Assembly (NCBI GenBank): GCA_951406725.2
Contig: OX597840.1
Span: forward strand, 36,208,001 to 36,272,000
DNA: 64,000 bases
Reading direction: 5' to 3'
Origin: Octopus vulgaris
Lineage: Eukaryota
How positions within the stretch are numbered: position 1 is the first letter of the stretch; each line of letters opens with the position of its first letter. The notes under the pieces are model-generated. The model saw only the letters and a list, made by a program, of their open reading frames with translations. It was not told the origin of the DNA and searched no databases. A program made the position numbers and the translations under genes. This document shows positions 1 to 47,791 of the stretch, piece after piece.

Positions 1-381
1 TCTATCACAGACTTTTTAGTGGCTGACGTATGTTTACATTCGCTATTGTGTACTTCATCTCTTTAAGTGTACGCGCGCGCCGTCCTGTGCATTATCTTAG
101 CTATTTCAGGTTACGTTCAAGTAATGAAACTAGCCATATTTTGAGTTGTACCACATGCAAGCTATTTTTTAAACTTAAGCAGAATAACTCGTGCTTATCA
201 TATTATGATAAATAGCTTTGTTTTCATAAACAAGTAGATATAAATGTACGAGTCAATGTTATTGTAACGGTGAACATAAATAGACACGAGCTCATTGGCA
301 CTTCTGTGCTTGTGTGGCCTCATTAGATAAAAATACAGGAGCAGTATCTCACATGCTTCAGGTAATACCAGCATCAAGGGG

Positions 382-595
382 TTAAACCCTCAATATTCAG
401 ATTATTCTGTCAATTGTAAAAGTGATTTATTCACATTTTTTGAATTAATCATGCATTATCTGACAGCTTTGGGATTTCAAAGATGTCATTCTTTATTTTT
501 AGAATGACATTGTAGGGTCATATCTGGTTAGTTTTGGCATAAAATAGGTAGTATATTTGGGATGTATATATCCGGATTAAATGTTAAAGGATTAA
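382..595. mobile_element. Possible piggyBac-type MITE
   Basis: ttaaaccct...aaggattaa termini with TTAA ends. Confidence 0.4.
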
Positions 596-746
596 GAAAG
601 AGCTGAATGATAAGAAGCCGGAAACATAGCCGAAAACATACCCTCAAATCGAGAACAATGGAAAGATAGTCGTTGATGGTCTGTGTTCCATAGGAAGTGA
701 AGGGATTAAGTCAAAAAGTATATTTACATACAGTCCTTTTACTCAC

Positions 747-32747
<32,001 letters not shown>

Positions 32748-33599
32748 TTTAAATCTGATTGTTAAACTATTTTTTAAACCAGTTTTTCTTTGATAGACTC
32801 TCTTTCTGTTAAGTAAGAACTGCAAATAGAAATAAAACACAAAGTGAAGGTTTCACGTGCAAGACATTTTGATACAATGTAAATATATAAGCAGACATTG
32901 CTTAAATTATTCAATATGTCACAAAAATACAAAATACAAAATATTGGTCTTCTTCCAGCTTATTTAAAGCAGGCAAATGTCTTCTACACTAGCTCTGGAC
33001 CAACCAAAGCTTTTTGAATGGATTTGGTTGAATGAAACTGAAAGAAACTTGTCGTACACACACACACACACATACATACATGCATATAGATAGATGGATA
33101 TAGATATACATACATAGAGAGAGAAGTTATGAGAGGTAATGGTGTAACACCCAAAGGTGTCAGGTAATGGGCTGACTAAGTGCTATGGATAGACCATAGT
33201 TAAGCTCCACATTCGATGATTATGCAAATAAGGAGTCCAATGGAGTCATATATCAGCATGTGCATATATAAATATTGTTTTTTCTAGAATGAGATAAAAA
33301 AAAACAAGGCTGTGCAGATTTTAGAACATCTATAAATAGAAGGTCTTGCAGCTGTTTCCAGGATATTTATTAAATCCCTTCATCACAGACAGTGTGAGTA
33401 AATTGTTAAGCAATTGTTAATTTAGATAAGATATGAAATACAGAGTGAAGTGGGGGAATGAAAATAGATATGAAATATGCAGGGATATTGTGTTTGAAGA
33501 CCCATTATTTAAGCCGAATGATATACATATAAAATTCCAATACCTTGTGAGTAAAATACAATAATATCTAAAATTGGCCATTCCAATGCAAAGTGAAAA

Positions 33600-33815
33600 T
33601 ATTTGCTGATGACACTAAACTCCAGCAAATCGTCAATGAAGAAGCAGACCGAACTCAACTCCAGTCTGATCTATATGCTGTGAGTCAATTGGGCAGACAG
33701 AAACAAAATGCAACTGAAGGAGGGAAAATTTGAGCTGATGCATTTTGGAAGAAATTCCTCACTAAAACAGACATACTCTCTTCCTTCAGGGGAACCGCTC
33801 ACAGCCTCTAACAAT
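33600..33815 (+). mobile_element. Older CR1-like RT fragment
   Basis: Translates FADDTKLQQIV...QLQSDL...GKFELMHFG with frameshifts. Confidence 0.65.
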
Positions 33816-33817
33816 AC

Positions 33818-36800
33818 AGGGAGAACAAAAACAAAAAGTTAAAAGAAGGGAAAAAAGCGCACTGACCACTACTGAAAGACGGTATGCAGATGTGGTGCGC
33901 GGAAACCCAACAGGTGGCCAGCTTCACCCAGATGTGAGAAGGGCGGCAGCTGAACAGCAGTCTTTTTTGTGCATGGCACAAAAAATTGTTCAGCAGCTGA
34001 CCTGGCTACAAGCACAAAGCTGGAACTACCACCACATAAGGCCACCTCCAACAGATGCAGGATGGCCACCACAGACACCAACACCAACACACACACCACA
34101 AAAATATTTCTACTGAATGTAGGAGGGCTGCTGCGCAGAAACTGTAAAAAGAAAATTTCATTCCTGAGAGACCTTGTGACATGCAATCAAGCTATATGCA
34201 TGGCACTCACAGAAACGCATCTTGAACCCGATATAGGTGATGCAGAAATACACATGCCGCAATATGCAGTCATACGCACAGATAGAAAAGGGAGGAGCCA
34301 TGGTGGAGTTGCAATGTACATCCGAGATGACCTCACGCCCCAGGTCCTGCTGTCATATTCAAACTCAGTATGTGAAACTCAAATTGTACACATAAGACAA
34401 CTGAATATCGTCATATGCACTACATATCGCCCACCAGACGCCCCAAAACACTCAGGCATGTTTGAAGACTGCCTAACAAAAATAGGAGAAGTCCTCACCA
34501 ACCTTGAACAGCACAACAGTGTATTCTTCATGGGTGACTTTAACCTCCCCAATGTGGAATGGCCTGGGGGGCAGATGCTCCCAGGGATGACACACCATCA
34601 GCAGGCACAGGTGGAGTCCCTGCTCCATCTCACAAATACCTCTTTCATGGAGCAAATAGTTCTGCAACCAACAAGGGCAAATAACATACTGGATCTCTGC
34701 TTCACAAACAATATGGATATTATCCATAATGTTAATGTGATGCCAACAATGATCTCGGATCACAACATAATAGAGCTGTCTATGTATGGAGCAAAAGCCC
34801 CCGCAGACACACAGCCTATACGAAGCACCCACCATCTCTCCAACTTAAACTTTCATAAAGCCAACTGGAAGTCGATTGAGAAAGAGATCCTCAAACAGGA
34901 TTGGCCTGAATGTCTCTCCACACCGGACATAAACATGAAACACAAACACTTCATGTCCATAATACAAGCCATATGTGACAAATATGTCCCAATGTGCAGG
35001 GCCAGCACACACAAGAACAAAAACAGGATCCCTAGAGAAAGGAGGATTCTTATGAGACGACGGACAAGGATTGCAAACCGCCTGAGCAAGCACACCAAAA
35101 GTGGTGAGAAGTCTCGGCTCGAAAGAATGCTAATGGAAACTGAGAAAAGTCTACATCAGTCCCATGAAAAGGAGAGAGCAGATAAAGAAGCTTGGGTAAT
35201 AGAAAATATAAAATCAAACCCTAAAGCTTTCTTTAAGTTTGCCAGTGCACCAGAGAATAGGACCTCTCTTCCAAAAAGATGGCTCTCTCACAGGAAATCC
35301 CACGAGGATAAGTGAAATACTGAACGAACAGTTCCAAAGTGTGTTCACTACACCTCTAGGACACAGGCAAGTAAACAACCCAGAAGAATTCTTTGCCACT
35401 TTACCAGCGGCCAAAGAGACAAAAATTGAGTACATCAACATCGAAGAAGATGATATCACACTAGCCATTGATGAGATAGACACAAACTCAGCTGCTGGAC
35501 CTGATGGATTCCCAGCAATCCTTCTCAAATCGTGCAAACGAGCCCTTGCAAAACCGCTACAGCTTCTTTTTCAGAGCTTTCTTGCAAGTGGTAAGCTCCC
35601 AGTCAAACTGAAAGAGGGGGTAATATGCCCTATCCATAAGGGAGGTAGCAGAGCAGATGCTAAAAATTATAGGCCTATCTCTCTGACCTCACACATCAGC
35701 AAAGTCATGGAACGAATAGTCCATAAGAAACTAATCATGTTCCTTGAAGAAAATGACTTACTGTCTGACACCCAGCATGGATTTCGACCAGGTAGAGGCT
35801 GCCTAACACAGCTCCTGCAACACTATGACTGGGTGTTGAAACAGCTACTAAATGGCTCAAATGTGGATGTAATATATCTTGACTTTGCAAAAGCCTTTGA
35901 TAAAGTCGACCATGGTATGATCTGTCACAAACTGCGTGGTCTCGGCATAGGCGGGAAACTTGGAGAGTGGCTGCACAACTTCCTAAAAGACAGAAAACAG
36001 GCAGTTCTGAGCAATGGAGCCACCTCCAGGGAAACGCAAATAACAAGCGGTGTCCCACAGGGCACTGTCTTAGGGCCACTGATGTTCATAGTGGCCCTTT
36101 CAGACATGCCTTCAGTTGCTACGATGACCACCCTTGCTAGCTATGCAGATGACACAAAAGTCTCCCACGCAATACAAAACCCTGAAAATATTGCGCATCT
36201 GCAACATGAGCTGGACACAATATACAGGTGGGCTGAGGACAACAACATGCAGTTTAATGCAGGTAAGTTCCAGGCCCTGCGCTACTGGCACACAAAGGTA
36301 AATGACGTGAAGACTGGATACACTGGCCCAGGAAGAATTGCAATCCCTGAGTCAAAATCAGTGCGTGACCTGGGCATTGACATGAGCAATGATGCATCTT
36401 TCCAAATGCATATTGCTAATCTGGTGATAAAATGCAGACGGCTAGCTGGATGGATTCTCCGAACTTTCAGAACAAGAGAGAAGGAGACACTGATGGTCCT
36501 ATGGAAAACATTTGTCCTCAGCCGCTTGGACTACTGCTCCCAACTTTGGTCACCACACAATATAAAACAAACAGCAGAACTCGAAGCAACTCAGAGAAGC
36601 TACACAAAGAAAATCGTCTCAATTCAAAATGTCAGCTACTGGGAAAGACTGAAGGTATTAAACCTCTTCTCCCTGGAGCGGAGGCGGGAGAGATATGCAG
36701 TGATATACATCTGGAAAATCCTGGAGGGTCTTGTCCCAAACTTTGGCATTCAAAGTTACTCCAACCGCAGAACGGGGCGCCGCTGCGTGGTGCCAAGGAT

Positions 36801-37143
36801 TCCAACATCACCATCAAAATACAGGTCCAGATACTGCAACAGCTTGGGTTTCAGAGGACCACAGCTCTTTAACATCCTCCCTAAATGCCTGAGAGACTTA
36901 CATGGTGTGGATGTGGGTTTCTTTAAAACTAAACTGGATCTCTTCTTGTTGGGAGTCCCAGATGAACCTACCTCACGACAGGAGACACGGATGCGGGCAG
37001 CAGCATCGAACTCCCTTGTTGATCAAGTGCCACGTATCAGAGGTGGATTCACAAACTAGTGTAGCTCATTCAGCGGTGGTGCCCCAGCATGGCCGCGGCC
37101 TTCGGGCTAAAACATTTTTAAGGATTTTTAAGGATTTAAGGAT
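33818..37143 (+). mobile_element. Young CR1/L2-group LINE, 5'-truncated in ORF1, with near-intact ORF2 (APE endonuclease + RT)
   Basis: ORF1 tail ends at 34116. ORF2 from ATG 34062 has APE motifs (LTETHL, GGVAMY, YRPP, MGDFNLP, ILDL, SDHN) and RT motifs (NYRPISL, QHGFRPGR, YLDFAKAFD, GVPQGTVLGP, YADD) to 37059. One frameshift near 35243. Short 3' UTR with (taaggattt)n tail. Confidence 0.95.
34062..37059 (+). pseudogene. LINE ORF2 (endonuclease-reverse transcriptase) broken by a single frameshift
   Basis: ORFs 33969-35315 and 35239-37059 overlap in different frames around KAFFKFA / VHQRIGPL. Confidence 0.9.
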
Positions 37144-38700
<1,557 letters not shown>

Positions 38701-38703
<3 letters not shown>

Positions 38704-38942
38704 TAATATTAATTAGAGACAAAACCACTATTTTGCAAAACAAACAAGGAAAGACTTAATCAATACATAAAATTTTAATAAAAAATTAAAAAACCGCCAC
38801 TACAATTGTTTCATGTCCTGATCAGGACATGAAACAATTGTAGTGGCGGTTTTTTTACTTTTTATTAAAATTTTATGTATTGATTAAGTCTTTCCTTATT
38901 TGTTTTGCAAAATAGTGGTTTTGTCTCTAATTAATATTATAT
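38701..38942. repeat. Spacerless palindrome of about 242 bp
   Basis: Centre atgtcctga|tcaggacat at 38821/38822; only about 3 mismatches over about 121-bp arms. Confidence 0.92.
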
Positions 38943-39019
38943 AATATTTTACTATAAAATTGGATTTAATCCTAAATCTGATTTTTTTCCCTGTAAATTT
39001 GGATTTATTCCCTAATATT

Positions 39020-39058
<39 letters not shown>

Positions 39059-39619
39059 TATACATATATATGCATATACATATATATACATACATTATAT
39101 ATATATATACATTATATATGTATATGTATATATGAGGAAAAATGAAAACCAAGGCAGAACAAGTATCTCAAGTCATTTAGAATAATTCAATTAGGTTCTA
39201 TATTTAAGAGATGAGGAATTATGTACATTATTTACATTTGACGGATATTTGTCCTCATCCCATGGCATATGGCATAGCGGTTAGGAGAGCGAGCTTCTAA
39301 CTTCAAGATCCCGAGTTTAATTCCAAGCATGACCTGAACAATAATAATAATAATAATACTATTGGAAAATACCTTACGACTGAGAACCCAGGTTCGAAAT
39401 TTTCCCAAGAAACCTGATAAAGGCTGGAGGGTATATCAGCTGAAATGTTGTGTTAACAACGAACAAGATGAGGACAAATATCCGTCTGTTGTAAACAATG
39501 TAAATTCATTTGGGTGAGTTTTAAGTCTTACAGCAGTTTCTGGAAAAACCCAAATGGTTGGTTAACATATCCATGCAGTGGGTATTCCGTCATCAGAGAC
39601 AAGGTATAAATATGTTAGA

Positions 39620-40040
39620 AAGGGAAAATTTGTGACCGAATGCCCGTTGCAAGCCCACTGCAGAGGATTTAATGTAGTGTACAAATTCATGGTCCACAAT
39701 ATATGGCATAATTCTATTAACTACTATATCATATCTACTATTAATTTTAAACAGATATATTCTGCACATGTTAACTCATTTAAATATGAGGAGCATAGCA
39801 AATCTACCTCCCTAGCCAACCATATGCACCATCTAATAAATAGGATACCATACAGGATATCCTGAGCCGTAATAGATACTGGGGTCCCATACCAAGGCCA
39901 GCAATCCACTTGTGGATTATGCCTAAAAGAAGCCTTCCAAATATTAATACATAATTCACTGCAATTACTAAACTAACAAAACAATCCTTTTTCTACATGT
40001 TGTCGTAAGTTCTATCACACATTTAAATTCTTCCATAGAT
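39620..40040 (+). mobile_element. PLE GIY-YIG endonuclease fragment
   Basis: CPLQAHC..NVVYK...FKQ.YSAHVNSF...STSLANH...CGLCLKE. Confidence 0.75.
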
Positions 40041-40183
40041 CCAAATGCAGACAAAATCAACACGCATGACACATCCATCCACTGTCGTTACAATATATGT
40101 ATATATATATAATGCATGTATGTAGGTATATCTAGATGTGCGCATCTTATATCTACCCTTATATGCATATATGTGCGTATCTA

Positions 40184-40515
40184 TGAAGGGATTTGTGGTT
40201 TGTTTGCCTTCCTACTTATTAGGACTTTGGTTTTAGCTAAGTTGACTCTAAGTCCCTTCAATTCTAATTCATGCTTCCACACTTGAAACTTCTCCTTTAG
40301 TTCTGATAGAGAATCAGCAATTAGAGCAAGGGCATCAGCATAGAGGAGCTCCCATGGGCATCCAGTCTTGAATTACTCTGTTATTGCCTAGAGGACTATG
40401 ATGAAAAATAGGGGGTTGAGGACTGATCCTTACTGGATGCCTACCTCTACCCGGAATTCTTCACTATACTTGTTGCTAACCCTCACCTTACTGACAGCAT
40501 TCCTGGATATGGCTT
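40184..40515 (-). mobile_element. RTE LINE RT fragment
   Basis: GIQ*GSVLNPLFFIIVL, PWELLYADALALIA and GLRVNLAKTKVL. Confidence 0.8.
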
Positions 40516-40794
40516 GCACACACACACATATAGACATACATATTTATACACATGCATACATATATATATATATACACATACATGCGTACATATATATACA
40601 TATATAAATGCATATATATACATAAATATATACATATATGCATACATACATATATATACATATTTACATACATACACATATATATACATATCTACATACA
40701 TATATATATATACATATATACATATATATATGTATATACATATATATATGTATATACATACATATACATGCATATATACATACATACATATACT

Positions 40795-41016
40795 CTTTTA
40801 CCCTTTTACTTGTTTCAGCCATTTGACTGCAGCCATGTTGGAGCACTACCTTTAATCAAGCAAATCAACCCCGGACTTATTCTTTGTAAGCCTGGTGCTT
40901 ATTATGTCAGTCTCTTTTTGCCGAACTATTAAGTTACGGGGACTTAAACACACCAGCATCGGTTGTCAAGTGATGTTGTGGGGACAAACATAGACACACA
41001 AACATATACACACACA

Positions 41017-41059
<43 letters not shown>

Positions 41060-41210
41060 GACAAGCTTCTTTTAGTTTCTGTCTACCAAATCCACTCACA
41101 AGGCTTTGGTCGGCCTGAGGATATAGTGGAAGACACTTCCCCAATGTGCTACGCAGTGAGACTGAACCCGGAACCATGTGGTTGGTAAGCAAGCTACTTA
41201 CCACACAGTC
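40795..41210 (-). mobile_element. tRNA-derived SINE, full-length copy
   Basis: Reverse complement of the same family. Confidence 0.85.
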
Positions 41211-41593
41211 ATACATACATACATATATACATACATATACATATATACATACATACATACGTATATATACATATATACATACATATGTATATATACATAT
41301 ATACATACGTATATATACATATATACATAAATATATATATATACATATATACATACATACATATATATACATATATATACATACATACGTATATATATAT
41401 ACATGCATACATATATATACATGCATACATATATATAAATACATACATATACGTACATACATACATATATACATACATACATATATTTACATGTATACAC
41501 ATACATACATACATATATATACATATATATACATACATATGTACATACATACATATATCTACATACATACATGCACGTGCGTGCATACATACA

Positions 41594-41628
<35 letters not shown>

Positions 41629-44600
41629 GCATGCATGTATGTGTGTGTGAATATGTTTCTGTTTGTCCCTCATCACTGCTAAACAACTGGTGTTAGTGTG
41701 TTTGCGTCCCCTAAACTTAGCAATTTGGCAAAAGAGAACAGTACCAGGCTTAAAAAATAAGTTCTGTGGTTGATACATTCAAGTAAGAAATTATTTAGGC
41801 TGGTGCGCGCAGCACGTCTGCAGTCTAATGACTGAAACAAGTAAAGGATAAATGACATAAAATATCTGAGTCTAACCCCTAACCCCTAAACAAACAAAGA
41901 TGTCAATCCTCTTGTTACTAACCTACCTGATATAGACCCATGTTTTCGCATACATAAACCACTTGTTTTAAAGATTTTGGATCTTAATTCAAAAATTTTC
42001 ATTATTATTTCATCAAAGATTTATTCTTTTTTTTAATGCAAATTATGTTTTAAAAAAAGGGCTTCCTGCCTTGTGTCCTAGAGATTTTTAGGGCCAGTTG
42101 TTTGGTTTTCTTGGTGTGTAGGTGATCAAGATCTTAACATTGCCTTCTGAATAACGCCAATCCATCACAGTATTATTTATTTACAGCTAAATGGACTAGA
42201 GTAGTACAAACCAATGTGTTTTTGCTATGAAAGAAAGTGTTTGGCTTAAGAACACAATTCACCACTTAGCCTGAGAATTGAAATTAGGGTTTCCTGATGA
42301 AGTGTAAAACATCAAAACCCCTAAGCCACGTGCTTTCATCTTAGACATTTCCTTAATAAAGGCAACTTATTTGACAAAACTTCCCTCCAAATTTTTCACA
42401 AAGTTGCATGGCTCAGTGGTTTGTGAGTTTCATTCCTGGACCGGGCTCTGTGATGTGTTCTTGATCAAGACACTTTATTTCACATTACTCCAGTTCAGAG
42501 GAATGAGTTGCAATGTCTCTGGTGCCAAGCTATATCAGTCTTTGCCTTTCCCTTAGATAATATCAGTGGCATGGAGAGAGGAGCCTGGTATGCATGGGTA
42601 ACTACTGGTCTTCCATAAGCAACCTTGCCAAGACTTGTGCCTTGGAGGGGAACTTTCTAGGTGCAATCTCATGGTCATTCATGGGATTGCACCTAGAAAA
42701 GGGGTCTTTACTTTTTTATTCTCATTTAGGGTGTATTATAAGATCCAACATCAAGTACTTGACTTGCAATTTATTTTTATCAATCTCAGGATAAAAGGCT
42801 AAACTAACCTCACCAAGATTTGAGCTCAGAATGTAAAGAAATACTACAGGTGTTCTGTGACTGTAATAATTTTGTAAGTTTACTGTGTTAATTATTCTAC
42901 AAATTAATTAAAACACATGGGCAATGTACTTCATTTAGAATTTACTAATATCTCTAAAAGAAATAAGCCTCAAAAAACAGCCACCAGCGCCTGAAATATT
43001 ACAGTAATGCCAAACATAATAGTAAGAAGAGCGACACTATAACAGAGGAAGAAAAAGACATCAACCAATCAATTCTAATTCATGTCAATCCAAAAATCTG
43101 AATTACTATATAATTGAATTAATTATTGTTTAAGACATTAAATCATTTGAAATAAATGTAAAGAAATAATTCATGAATTTAAATATGCTCACCTCAGATA
43201 TTCACAGCTTCTTATTTCAGTCACAAGTCTCTGACTGTCACCAATTAAACATTGAAATGTTAGTGGGTCAGAAGAGAAACAATTCTATCATAGATTCTAA
43301 ATGTTACTTCAGCCCTGCAGTATCAAATTACTACAAAGAATGAGGTCAGATTTTGAAAAGCAATTTCTGTTAGTTTTTCCCATGAAAGCCACCCATTAAC
43401 TAATTTTGGTCTGCAGATAACCAAATCGACACCTGTAATCTGCATATCGTATCAGATTGCTCCAGTAGAGATGGAAGGAGAGGGAAGTAGTTTTATGCTA
43501 CAAGATAAGGAGTCAAAGTATGAGAGAAGGGAATAGAGCAGGATTGGTTTCTTGCTGTAGAGAAGCTACATGGCGAAATTAAATGCATTAGCTAACATAG
43601 GGTGGATGAAATGGGGTTATTGATAGAACACACACACACACACACACACACAAGTTACGGTTATAGGATAGAATATTTAAATATAATCATTATAGGTGGT
43701 TTAGTGTGTGTGAAAGAGAGAGAGAGAGATTCTTTTCACATACATTTAGGTTTTACATTGAGTTTACCATTCTTCTCCTCCTCCTCATCATCATCATCAT
43801 CATTGCTGCTGTCAGTCATCATCATCTTCATTATCATCATTGTCATCATCATCATATTTATAATTGTTGTTGCTGTTGTCATCATCAACATCATCATACT
43901 TTGTTGTCAGTCTGCTATGCTGGCATGGATGGGACAATTTAACAGGATTTGACAGTTCCAAGGACTATATTATACTCCACTTTGCAGCAAATACCGGGTA
44001 TTTGTTTTTTTGTTTTTTGTTTTTTGGTTTTTTAATGGCACCAGCACTAGTGAGGTCATCCTGCAGCTTGCAAGACTAAAACCCTTTCTGACTGAGTAGT
44101 GGTACAGTAGAAATTGAAAGAGAGGGAGGTAGTTTTATGCTACAAGATGAGGGGTCAAAGTATGAGAGAAGGGAATAGAGCAGGACTGGTTTCTTGCTGT
44201 AGAGAAGCTACATGGCTAAATTAAATATATTTTGTTAAAATTAGAACAGTGTTTTTAAATTGGCATATTTTTTACAAAAATGTAGTTGTTGCATTATCTA
44301 GCCACAAAGCCCCAGTCAAATACAGCCAGCATCCCTGAAATGATACTATATCGGTCTTGAATTTTGGTGCAAGGCCAGCAGTTTCAGGGAAGGAGCTAAG
44401 TCAATTATATTGACCTTATTGTTCAACTGGTAATTATTTTATCAAGGCTAAAGGGCAAAGTTGACCGCCGTGGCATTAGACTTTGTGGCGCTAATTTGTT
44501 GATAAAAGTTAGACACTTGAGTCTGTTTAATGTTAATTCAATGACTGAAGATATGGAACAAACAGAAAAGCAAGGTTGGCTCAGCAAATTTACTGCTTAA

Positions 44601-46834
44601 ATAACTAGCTTTCTCTTGGATTATTCTTAGTAACAGTGATAAAACACGTTTAATCATTTTCAGGGGATGGATTTGAAAAAAAATTTTTTTTTCATCATGG
44701 CACAGTTTGTCTCACAAATAAAGAATGTTCAATACGATTGTATTATTTCTTAGAGTATATTACACATATTTAACAAATTCCTTTTTTTTTTTTTTGGAGT
44801 TGTTTTTATGTGGGCGTGTGCATACATTTTACTCTTGTATATACTGATTTCCAAATAAGGTAAAATCTTCTCATGCAAAATATCGGAAATTAAGGACACT
44901 GCTTGTATGACAGTGACAATCATTTACAACTGCAATATGGCGTCAAGACAAGGAGATACAAACACACACACACACACACACATATATAATATATATGTGA
45001 AGATGCGTGGCCTAGTAGCTAGGCTTTTGTACTCACAATCTCTAGATTGTAGGTTCAATTCCCAGACAGGATGCTGTGTTGTGTTCTTGAGCTGAGCATT
45101 TCATTTCGCATTACTCCAGTCCTCCTCTTGGTGGTGGGCAATGTTGGCCTGGCTGCCTGGCCAGCAGAATGGTGTCATTTGAAGGCTAAAATGAGGCAAA
45201 GCACATTGTGATCAGCAATGTGTAATAACATCTGATTGTCTGGATGGTCACATGATTAATATATATGATAAAATAATTTTGTCCTCATCATCAATTTCTG
45301 AAACATAACTGGTGATGGTGTGTTTATGTGCCTAGAACTTAGCAATTTGGCAAAAGAGATCAACAGAATAACTGCCAGGCTTAAAAAAATAAGTCCTAGT
45401 GTTGGTTCAATTAACTAAAAAATTCTTCATGGTCACACTCCAGCAGAGCCACACTCTAATGACTGAAACAAGTAAAATATATGGTGCTGAGCAAATAAAC
45501 TTGATGTTTGCCAAAAAGTGATGCTTGGAACCAGACGATACCCTCACCCCAAATTAGTCAGAAATTGTTGTAAACTTTAAGTACAGAAATAGTTACAGGT
45601 CAATGTTTGTGACATCAATGACATAATTTGAACCTTCACCCCAAATACATGTATGTATGTATATATATTTATGTATGTATATATTTATGTATGTATATAT
45701 ATTTATGTGTGCGTGTCTGTGTTTTCCCCACCACCACCCCACCATTGCTTAACAAATGCTTGTGTGTTTATTTCCGCATAACTTAGCAGTTTAGCAAAAG
45801 AGTTCGATAAAATAATTACTAGGCTTACAAAGAGTAAGTCCTGGGGGGCAATTTCTTCAAATAAAGCTTTTTAAGGCAGTGCTCCAGCATGGCCACAGCC
45901 TAATGTTTGAAACATCAAAAATAAAAGAATATATTTTCAAACTTAAAATTTATTAGTAATTGTATATAAAAAAAATAGTTAAAACGTTTTGTGTTTTGCT
46001 AGTATTTCAAGCACATCCGCTTCCTGCCTCAGTTGACTTCTGCTTCCGCTGTCATCATAGTGATACCTGCACCAAATAATTTGGTTCTCATGAGCTGGTG
46101 TACTACATATGTTCTAGTTCCTATATTCCTATGAATTCACCCACCCACCCCAAATCTCTTCTATCAGAACTAAATGGAAGCTTGAGCTTGTTACTGCTCC
46201 CATTGAACACAATGCTGCTCAAGTTGGAAAGCCAACCAGAGATGGTTGCTCTCCTTGTGTTTATAGCCTTCCACTACAAACCTAGGGTTTTCCTAGATGA
46301 ATAGGAGCCAGAGGATTTGTGGAGATGATGAAGAACTGAGATGATTTGCTATCTTCTGTGTTCTAGGAGACCCACCCAACACAGCAGAAACGATATCCTA
46401 AAACCAATTTGGTTATGCTTGTACGTATGGGGCCCTGCCCCTTATCTCTCTCTCTCTCTGCCCCATCAAGCTTTTTCTCCACATCTCGTCCCCAAATACC
46501 TCTCATTTCTCTGTCACTTCTCTACTATTCAGCTGTTGTAATCCCCTGTGAGCAGAATAGTCACATATTACATCCTCAACTGCCTGCAACCACTTCTTTT
46601 TCTCATTATCATCTCTGCCCACACTATTTCCACCAATCACCTCATTGTTCTGCCTTCAGCCATTGCTCAGCTCTCCTATTCTCCATTCTTAACAGCTTCC
46701 TTCCCTGCCATCACTCTCAGAGCTCCCTCATATCTATCATCACATCTCACAGTAATCACTGCCACCAAGCCACCCCCAACTCGCTCGCCCTTAGTCACTA
46801 CATGTACCTCTACCTCCATCTTTTCCCCTCTATT

Positions 46835-47048
46835 GGGGGTGCTCAAAACTTCCTGGTTTTGGGTGGTGAAAAAAAACAGGATGAATCAGTTAATTATGAT
46901 TCTATTCAACATATTCCTCTTCTCAGATTCACACACTTATTGCTGCGGTCCTTCTGTTATTCTAAGCCCTGTAAAAGTACTCAGAAGGATAGGCTTTCAG
47001 CCAGGCCTTTCACAGTACCCTTAAAGCTAGGAACTTCTCAGCACCCCT
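46835..47048 (-). mobile_element. Mariner-derived MITE (copy 3)
   Basis: ggggtgctcaaaacttcctgg...ggaacttctcagcacccc; reverse complement of the same family. Confidence 0.75.
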
Positions 47049-47190
47049 TTGTATCCTAATAAACCTCCTGTGATGCACTGCATCTTGAGATGTATCAGCA
47101 CCCCACAACCACCTTTGTCTTCATTCAAGTTTTCCATCTACTCAGCCTCATGTGGTTCTGGGTTCATATATATATATACATACATATATA

Positions 47191-47239
<49 letters not shown>

Positions 47240-47630
47240 GAAAGAATGGAGTTGAACGAAGATGTTAACAAAATTCATTTACTCTCGACATATGACGTGA
47301 ATTTGCTACCCAGGTTTCGGTTAAACAAATTTTCCATTCAATCGATAAACATAGAATAATTCATTCACCTATTTAAATATATATATATATATATATAATG
47401 TGCATCCAACAAATTTCCCAAGTTCACAACATTTCCACAATACAAATTCAAAGACAATTCTAGCCAAAATGACTGCATTAGCAAGGAAATACATTTCATG
47501 AGAAAATATCGACTGAGTCTAAATTCTCTAAACTAGCAACATTGAGACTTTTTTTTTATATGTGTATGTGAATACATATGTATGTGTGTATATATGTGTA
47601 TTTATGTATGTATATATATATACATGTGTG

Positions 47631-47706
<76 letters not shown>

Positions 47707-47791
47707 TATGGGTATGTATGTGCATGTATATATAGTTTGTGTATGTACATGTATGTGTGTATATATATATATGAGTGTGCATATGTATCTG

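Noticed and set aside
195-320. Minus-strand RYNNIDSYI resembling the next GCLC exon (SRYDSIDSYL)
   Set aside because: No convincing acceptor or donor, flanking residues do not align and a stop follows; the true next exon probably lies outside the window.
33869-36872. Several ORFs of 60-146 aa overlapping the LINE in antisense or alternate frames
   Set aside because: Shadow ORFs of the more GC-rich LINE ORF2 with no recognisable motifs.
39262-39335. tRNA-like sequence (also the heads of many SINEs)
   Set aside because: A/B-box-like motifs only, no complete cloverleaf and embedded in repeats; SINE-derived rather than tRNA genes.
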